Below, in pieces: positions 25,921 through 32,000 of a stretch of DNA of 32,000 nt. Under the pieces are notes generated by a model. That model had not been told where the DNA came from. It ran no database searches and saw nothing but the letters and a program-made list of their open reading frames with translations. The stretch is from Candidatus Methylomirabilis oxygeniifera (GTDB lineage: Bacteria; Methylomirabilota; Methylomirabilia; Methylomirabilales; Methylomirabilaceae): assembly GCA_000091165.1 (NCBI GenBank), contig FP565575.1, positions 390,001 through 422,000 of the forward strand. The letters run 5' to 3'. Each line of letters opens with the position of its first letter. The stretch's first letter is position 1. The translations under genes and the position numbers were made by a program.

Positions 25921-26580
25921 GTGTTCATCGTACGCCGATCCGCACTGCTTACGCTGCCGCTGCTATCTCTCTTGTTCCTGACCTCGTGTACGCTCTTTGG
26001 TCAAGGGCCGCGCATCTGGGAGGATCCGTCCGGCGAGAAGGGGCTGGCGTCGTGGTATGGTCATCCGTACCATGGTCGCCGTACCAGTAATGGCGAGGTC
26101 TACGATATGTATCAATTGACGGCGGCCCACCGCGAGATCCCGCTCGGAAGCTGGGTGGAGGTGATTAATCTCACCAACGGTCGTTCTCTCACGGTCCGGG
26201 TCAACGATCGCGGGCCGTTTGTGGACGGCCGAATTATCGATCTGTCGTATGCCTCGGCCCAGTTGCTCGGGGTGGTGGGACCTGGCGTGGCGCCGGTGAG
26301 GGTTCGACTGATTCAAGCGCCGCCGCAGGCTCCAGGTCCGGCTCGCTATTCGGTGCAGGTCGCCTCATTTGTCACAGAGTCGAACGCCCTTGCGCTGAAG
26401 GCCGAGCTGGAGCAGAAGGTCTCAGATGTTCGCATGGTGAAGGCCCTGATCGGCGGAGAGGTCTACTATCGGATCCAGGTCGGACAGCTCGGCTCTCGCG
26501 CTGAGGCCAGGGCGGCCGCGGAACGGCTGGCGTCGCTGGGCTATCGCGTCCTGATCACGGATTTTGACGAGCGGCCCTGA
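25921..26580 (+). CDS. rlpA: Septal ring lytic transglycosylase RlpA family lipoprotein (DPBB + SPOR)
   Basis: LLSLLFLTSCTLF lipobox; GLASWYGHPYHGRRTSNGEVYDMYQLTAAHREIPLGSWVEVINLTNGRSLTVRVNDRGPFVDGRIIDLSYASA; C-terminal SPOR YSVQVASF. Confidence 0.92.
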   Translation: MFIVRRSALLTLPLLSLLFLTSCTLFGQGPRIWEDPSGEKGLASWYGHPYHGRRTSNGEVYDMYQLTAAHREIPLGSWVEVINLTNGRSLTVRVNDRGPFVDGRIIDLSYASAQLLGVVGPGVAPVRVRLIQAPPQAPGPARYSVQVASFVTESNALALKAELEQKVSDVRMVKALIGGEVYYRIQVGQLGSRAEARAAAERLASLGYRVLITDFDERP

Positions 26581-26786
26581 GCAGTTCTGCCGTCATGTGT
26601 GTCGGTATACCAGTTTCCGCTCTTGCACCGTTCCCCTCTGATCAATTCATGGTCGATCGGTATGCCGAACCGATGTAGCGTATCGAAAAATTCCTTGTCT
26701 TATCGTAAATATAGGAGATAATATCTGTTGTATGGTAGCGTATAAAGTGAAATAGAATTCAGCCTGCTCTAACGGACGGAATACAG

Positions 26787-29732
26787 GTGAATCGCCAGGC
26801 TACGCGTCAGGAGGTATCGCTGTTGCGAGATCCGTCGCGGTGGATCGGCCTTCGCACCCGCCTGTTGCTGCTCATCCTCTTAGCGATCGGGCCGGCATTG
26901 GGCCTTGCGCTCTACACGGGCCTGCAACATCGCCGGATGGCCGCCGTTCAGGCTCAACAAGAGGCGCTGCGGCTGGCGCGGATCGCCGTCGGCGACCACG
27001 AACGACTGATACAGGGGGCGCAGCAACTTCTCATCGCGCTGTCGTCGCTGCCCGTAGTCCGCGCGTATGATGCTCGCGCGTGTCACGCGTACTTTGCCGC
27101 TCTCCTGAAACAGTATCCTCGGTATGCCAACCTGGGTGTGGTGACGGCCGACGGCGATGTTGTGTGCAGCGCGCTGCCACTGTCGGGCCCCATTAATCTC
27201 GCCGATCGGGCGTATGTTCGGCGCGCCGTGGAGACCCGCGCCTTCGCCGTCGGCGACTACCAGATCGGCCATATCACCGGTAAAGCTACGATCAATTTCG
27301 GCTATCCCATCCCTGACGACGTCGGACCTATCCGGGCGGTGGTCTTCGCCGCGTTGGATTTGGCCTGGTTGAACCGGCCGGCTGCCGACGCTCGGTTGCC
27401 GGCGGGTTCGGTGCTGAACGTGATCGACCGCAACGGCACAATCGTAGTCCGTTATCCGGACCCGGAACGGTGGATCGGGCGGCTCGCGGTGGACACGCCC
27501 ATCGCCAGGACCGTTCTTGCCGTCGGTGAGGGCGCGACTGAGACGTCCGGTGTGGACGGTATTGTACGTCTCTACGGGTTCGCCCCCCTGCGCGGCGCGC
27601 TGCACGGGCCGGAACTGTACGTGCAGATCGGCATTCCAACGTCGACAGCCTATGCTGAAGCCGATCGGCTGCTGGCGCGTAACCTCATCGGGCTCGGGCT
27701 TGCGGGCGTACTGGCGCTTGCGGCGGCGTGGATGTTCGGCGACCGATTCATCCTGCGCGGGGTAAGGGCCCTGGTATATGGGACCGAGCGACTGAAGGCG
27801 GGCGACCTGACCGGCCGGATCGAGGTGACCGGACGCGACGAACTCGGCACCCTGGCGGTCAGGTTTAACGAGATGGCGGACGGTCTGCAAGAGGCTCATG
27901 ACCGGCTTGCGGCGGACGTCAGGGAATTGGGGTATCGCGCGCAGGAACTCGGCCTTCTTCGGGAGATTGACCTGATGATGTTAGCCGAGACGCCTCTGCG
28001 GGACCTGCTTTCGAAGGCTGTTGAGGCGTTCGCTCGGCTGGCAGACGCGCAGACGTGCGTTTTGGTCACTGCCGACCCGAAGAGCGGAGAGCTGACGCCG
28101 GTTGCGAATTGGGGGCCGGACCTGGAGGCGATCCGGCAATACTTCGCAACCTTTCGGCCGCGAGCCGGAGAGGAAGGCGGTTCTCTTGGGAGAGCGATCG
28201 CCACGCGGAAGGCCGTCACGACCCCGGACGTGGCCTCCGATCCTTCGATGGAGCGGTATCGCGATGCCGCGTTGGCCCTTGGTATCCGCGCGATTCTCGT
28301 GGTGCCGTTGGTCGCAGATCAGCACGTGTTGGGGGCCGCAGGGATCGGCTACCCGACAGTCCGGCGCTTCTCAGAGACGGAGGTCCGGTCGATGGAGGGC
28401 TTTGCGAGCCAGCTTGCCGTGGCGTTGGAACAGACCCGCCTTCGGGAGGAAGCGAAGGATCGCCGAGGCCTGGAGGAGGCGCTCTATGCGAGCCGGCAGT
28501 TGTTCCAGGCGGTCGTGCAGTCGACCCCAGACGCAGTTATTGTCGCCGACGGCAGTACTCGCATCGTGGCGTGCAACGCAGGTGCCCAGCGCCTCTTCGG
28601 CTATACTGAAGGAGAGTTGCAGGGTATGCCGGTCATGGCTCTGGTGCCCGAACGATACCGGGAGACGCACCGACAGGGACTGGACCGGTTCGAAGTAACG
28701 GGCGAGGCCCGTGTGATCGGCAGAACGATCGAGGTTGACGCGCTGCGGAAGGACGGCAGCGACGTACCGGTGGAGTTGTCTCTTGCCGGTTGGAAGACAG
28801 GAGACCGGGTGTTCTACAGCGCTATCCTACACGATATCACTGAGCGCAAACAGTATACGACACACCTGGAACAGACGGTTCAGGAGAAAACGCGGACGCT
28901 GCGAGCGGCTAATCAACAGCTCGAAGCCGCGTCCCGACACAAGTCGGAGTTTCTGGCTAACATGTCGCATGAATTCCGGACGCCGCTCAACTCGATCATC
29001 GGCTTTTCCGACATCCTCAGAGACCCGGCCTTCGGCCCTTTGACCGAGAAGCAGGCCCGATTTGCGCAGAATATTCAGGTGAGCGGGCAGCACCTGTTGT
29101 CGCTGATCAATGACCTGCTGGACCTGTCAAAGGTGGAGGCCGGTAAGATCGACTTGCATCCCGAGCCCTTCGAGTGCCGAGAGGCCATACGCGCCGCCTT
29201 GGCGGAAGTCCAGCCCCAGGCCGACCTCAAACAGCTTGAGTTGACGCCGCAGACGGATGAGGCACCGTCCACGATCATCGCCGATCCCGTCCGCTTCAAG
29301 CAGATCCTGTTGAACCTCCTCTCCAACGCCGTCAAGTTTACGCCGGAAGGCGGACGAATCACCGTGACCGTGCGACGCGCCGCGCGACAGGAAGAAGGCG
29401 ACACGAGTCAGGGGGCGGCAGGCCAGGGCCTGGAGATCCTACACTCCACACCCCACACCCCACACCCTTGCGATGTCCTGGAAATCGCCGTTGCCGATAC
29501 CGGAATCGGAATTAAGCCGGACGACCTACCAAGGCTGTTCCAGGAGTTCACCCGCCTTGATGCGGCGATCGCCAAGCGGACGAAGGGTACCGGGCTCGGC
29601 CTCGCCCTGACGAAGCGACTCGTCGAGCTGCACGGGGGAGAGATCGCTGCTGTCTCGGACGGCGAAGGACGGGGCAGCACCTTCACGGTTCGGCTTCCCA
29701 TTACCCCTACCAACCATCACCCTCTCCAATAG
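26787..29732 (+). CDS. Membrane sensor histidine kinase (dCache-like, HAMP, GAF, PAS, HisKA, HATPase_c)
   Basis: N-terminal TM; HAMP VRALVYGTERLKAGDLTGRIEV; PAS QAVVQSTPDAVIVAD; H-box KSEFLANMSHEFRTPLNSIIGFSDIL; N-box NLLSNAVKFTPEGG; VADTGIGIKPDDL; TKGTGLGLALTKRLVELHGG. Confidence 0.93.
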   Translation: MNRQATRQEVSLLRDPSRWIGLRTRLLLLILLAIGPALGLALYTGLQHRRMAAVQAQQEALRLARIAVGDHERLIQGAQQLLIALSSLPVVRAYDARACHAYFAALLKQYPRYANLGVVTADGDVVCSALPLSGPINLADRAYVRRAVETRAFAVGDYQIGHITGKATINFGYPIPDDVGPIRAVVFAALDLAWLNRPAADARLPAGSVLNVIDRNGTIVVRYPDPERWIGRLAVDTPIARTVLAVGEGATETSGVDGIVRLYGFAPLRGALHGPELYVQIGIPTSTAYAEADRLLARNLIGLGLAGVLALAAAWMFGDRFILRGVRALVYGTERLKAGDLTGRIEVTGRDELGTLAVRFNEMADGLQEAHDRLAADVRELGYRAQELGLLREIDLMMLAETPLRDLLSKAVEAFARLADAQTCVLVTADPKSGELTPVANWGPDLEAIRQYFATFRPRAGEEGGSLGRAIATRKAVTTPDVASDPSMERYRDAALALGIRAILVVPLVADQHVLGAAGIGYPTVRRFSETEVRSMEGFASQLAVALEQTRLREEAKDRRGLEEALYASRQLFQAVVQSTPDAVIVADGSTRIVACNAGAQRLFGYTEGELQGMPVMALVPERYRETHRQGLDRFEVTGEARVIGRTIEVDALRKDGSDVPVELSLAGWKTGDRVFYSAILHDITERKQYTTHLEQTVQEKTRTLRAANQQLEAASRHKSEFLANMSHEFRTPLNSIIGFSDILRDPAFGPLTEKQARFAQNIQVSGQHLLSLINDLLDLSKVEAGKIDLHPEPFECREAIRAALAEVQPQADLKQLELTPQTDEAPSTIIADPVRFKQILLNLLSNAVKFTPEGGRITVTVRRAARQEEGDTSQGAAGQGLEILHSTPHTPHPCDVLEIAVADTGIGIKPDDLPRLFQEFTRLDAAIAKRTKGTGLGLALTKRLVELHGGEIAAVSDGEGRGSTFTVRLPITPTNHHPLQ
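29446..29466 (+). repeat. Three tandem copies of heptamer CCACACC inside the histidine kinase gene
   Basis: CCACACC|CCACACC|CCACACC read directly; encodes the TPHTPHP portion of LHSTPHTPHP. Confidence 0.9.
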
Positions 29733-29892
29733 ACGTTCACGCCGACGGTTCCAGGACGGTACAGTATATACAACACGTGTGCTCGGAGAAGACGACGCGC
29801 AGGGGTTGGCGCTTGATCTTTTGCCGGCCGTCAGGTATGATCCTTATAAAGTAGAGAATAGCACTGAACACTTGTAAGAGTGAGATGTAGCC

Positions 29893-30882
29893 ATGCGAAC
29901 CCGCGAGATCTCTTCAAAGCTGCCACGGCTGCTTGTTGTCGACGACAACGCGCAGAACATTGAACTGCTGACGGCCCTGATGGAGGCCGAAGGATATGAG
30001 GTGATCTCGGCCGCTGACGGTCTGGAGGCTCTGACTCATGTGGCTGCCGCCCCTCCGGACCTGATTCTGCTGGATATCATGATGCCGAAGCTGGATGGCT
30101 ATGCAGTCTGCCGACGTCTCAAAGAGGAGGCGGCCACCCGCCTGGTGCCTATCGTGCTGCTTACGGCTCTTGGGGCGGAAGAAGCCCGGATTCGAGGAAT
30201 CGAGGCGGGGGCCGACGACTTTATTACGAAGCCGTTCAGCCGGACAGAGCTGAAGGCCCGCATCCGCTCGCTGCTCCGGCTCAAGAGCTTTACCGACGAG
30301 TTGGAGCACGCCGAAACCATGCTGCTTGCGCTGGGCCGAACCGTCGAGGCGAGGGACCCGTACACCCAGGGCCACTGCGAGCAGTTGGCGGCCTACTCGG
30401 TCGCCCTTGGGCGGAAGCTAGGCCTGCCACTGGAGGAGTTGACGGCCCTGGATAGAGGCGGATTCTTGCACGACCTTGGTAAAATCGGGATTCCGGATGC
30501 GATTCTCTTGAAACCAGGCGGCCTCAGCGAGGCAGAGTGGGTGATCATGCGCGAGCACCCGGTGATCGGCGAGCGGATCTGCCTGTCGCTGCGATCGCTC
30601 CAGCGGGTTCTGCCGATCATCCGCCATCACCACGAGCGGTGGGATGGCAGCGGCTACCCGGACGGCCTGAAGGGCGAGGCGATTCCGATCACAGCACGCA
30701 TCTTGCAAACCGTGGATATCTATGATGCAATGAGGACGGCCCGTCCATACAAGCCCGCCATGTCGCCTGAAGCTGCGTGCAATACCCTCCGGGATGAGGT
30801 GGCGCGAGGTTGGCGGGATCCGCACATTGTGTGTCCGTTCATCGAGCTGATCGAACGCGGAGAGCTGCCGGATCGGAAGTAG
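29893..30882 (+). CDS. Response regulator with HD-GYP domain (c-di-GMP phosphodiesterase-like)
   Basis: RLLVVDDNAQNIELLTALMEAEGYEV; LILLDIMMPKLDGYAVCRRL; HCEQLAAYS...GGFLHDLGKIGIPDAILLKPG; HHHERWDGSGYPDGLKGE. Confidence 0.95.
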   Translation: MRTREISSKLPRLLVVDDNAQNIELLTALMEAEGYEVISAADGLEALTHVAAAPPDLILLDIMMPKLDGYAVCRRLKEEAATRLVPIVLLTALGAEEARIRGIEAGADDFITKPFSRTELKARIRSLLRLKSFTDELEHAETMLLALGRTVEARDPYTQGHCEQLAAYSVALGRKLGLPLEELTALDRGGFLHDLGKIGIPDAILLKPGGLSEAEWVIMREHPVIGERICLSLRSLQRVLPIIRHHHERWDGSGYPDGLKGEAIPITARILQTVDIYDAMRTARPYKPAMSPEAACNTLRDEVARGWRDPHIVCPFIELIERGELPDRK

Positions 30883-30948
30883 GCGGACCCTGAGGATATA
30901 GGTGCCAGCGCTCTACGACCACAGAGACAAGCCTGGATGTAAGTACAT

Positions 30949-32000
30949 ATGTTGTCCATCAAGAACTGGAGCATCAGCACGCGGCTGCTGCTCGCCTTTC
31001 TCCTGGTCCTGGCTCCCTTTGTGGGGTTTGTCAGTATTGCCGGGCTGCATTTCGGCGCCATCATGCACTCCTATATACGGATCCAGGAGGATGCGACAGT
31101 CGATCTGAAGCGGACATCCGACGTAATGGCGGCTGCCGATGGTCTCCTGCTGGCAACTGAAGACTATCTCGCCAGTCGAGGTTCGCAGGAGCAGCAGCGG
31201 GTTATCGGATACGTGACGCATCTTCATGAGGCCTTCAGGATTCTGGGAACCACGCGATTTGAGGGCGCCGACGAGCGGCGATTGTTCGATGCAGCGAAAG
31301 ACATGGCGCCTCGCATGGAAGTGCTCGGACGGGAAATCGTAGAGCCTGCGCCCTTCCCGTACACTCGTGAGATATCCGCCAAGGTGGCCAGACTGACGAA
31401 GGTGCACGATCACGTCGATACGACGTTACATCAGCTTATGGACATCCACATACGCGAAATCGATGACGCGATGCGACACGTTTCCGATGTGGGCCGCCAG
31501 GTGATATTTGTCACGTTCGTTACATTGGCTGTCAGTGCGTTGGGGGCCGTCACCATCAGCGTTCCATTGGCGCACTGGCTGAGCCGACCCATCCGAGCCA
31601 TCGCGCAGGGGAGTCGTCGGCTGGCTGAGGGCGACCTGTCTCAACGGGTGGAGACGACCGGTGGAGGGGAGCTCGGAGAGGCGGCTCAGGCCTTTAACGA
31701 GATGGCGCAACGGCTGGAACGATCGGCCATCGAGAATACCGCGCTCTACGGCGCAGCGCGCCAGCGCGCCGAACGGATTGCGGCCGTCAATCGCCTGACC
31801 AAGATCATCAGCGCCTCCCTCGATATCGGCGCGGTCTATGAGACCTTTGCCGCGGAGTTGAAACGGTTCATCCCGTACGCGCGGATGGGGATTGTGATAG
31901 CTGAGAAGTCGGGCGTGCGATTTGCGCTCTTTCAACTTGTCGGCCACCGACTGAATGCGGTGCCGATTGGGATGGTCTGGTCGAACGTGAGAGGGACCGG
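30949..32000 (+). CDS. Membrane sensor protein (TM, HAMP, start of GAF), 3' truncated by window
   Basis: MLSIKNWSISTRLLLAFLLVLAPFVGFVSIAG...; HAMP LSRPIRAIAQGSRRLAEGDLSQRVETTGGGELGEAAQAFNEMAQRL; then ITKIISASLDIGAVYETFAAELKRFIPYARMGI. Open to the window end. Confidence 0.85.
   Translation, partial: MLSIKNWSISTRLLLAFLLVLAPFVGFVSIAGLHFGAIMHSYIRIQEDATVDLKRTSDVMAAADGLLLATEDYLASRGSQEQQRVIGYVTHLHEAFRILGTTRFEGADERRLFDAAKDMAPRMEVLGREIVEPAPFPYTREISAKVARLTKVHDHVDTTLHQLMDIHIREIDDAMRHVSDVGRQVIFVTFVTLAVSALGAVTISVPLAHWLSRPIRAIAQGSRRLAEGDLSQRVETTGGGELGEAAQAFNEMAQRLERSAIENTALYGAARQRAERIAAVNRLTKIISASLDIGAVYETFAAELKRFIPYARMGIVIAEKSGVRFALFQLVGHRLNAVPIGMVWSNVRGT

Noticed and set aside
26880-27899. 339-aa minus ORF antisense to the histidine kinase
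   Set aside because: Antisense shadow ORF; the + strand encodes a coherent sensor kinase.
1-32000. CRISPR array, prophage or IS element
   Set aside because: No regularly spaced long direct repeats, cas genes, integrase, phage structural genes or transposase were seen.

Overview
Chromosomal window, probably from a methylotrophic or NC10-like bacterium (inferred from gene content). It is dominated by tetrahydromethanopterin (H4MPT)-linked C1 metabolism: fae, mtdB, an fwdD-like gene, fhcB/fwdB, fhcA/fwdA, fhcD/ftr, fhcC/fwdC, mch, an ATP-grasp (RimK-like) protein and a CitG-like protein on the + strand, and an H4MPT-biosynthesis operon (SDR, DHPS-like, DUF447-like, RFAP synthase mptG) on the - strand. 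Other content: ADP-forming acyl-CoA synthetase/GNAT fusion, a three-gene ATGA-coupled cassette (HAD phosphatase, class III aminotransferase, alpha/beta hydrolase), tRNA-Val(CAC), bioB-bioA-bioD, rlpA, a multidomain histidine kinase, an HD-GYP response regulator and a truncated HAMP/GAF sensor. Most notable observations: (1) a gene missed by the ORF track, an ArsC/thioredoxin-like selenoprotein with an in-frame UGA (motif RPG-U-KGC), a near-perfect Shine-Dalgarno and a SECIS-like hairpin just after the UGA; (2) an FwdD-like molybdopterin-dinucleotide-binding gene next to an FhcB that keeps FeS and putative metal-ligand cysteines; (3) a 42-aa Cys-terminated small ORF divergent from the aminotransferase cassette; (4) dispersed C-rich heptamer tandem repeats, three of them inside ORFs.
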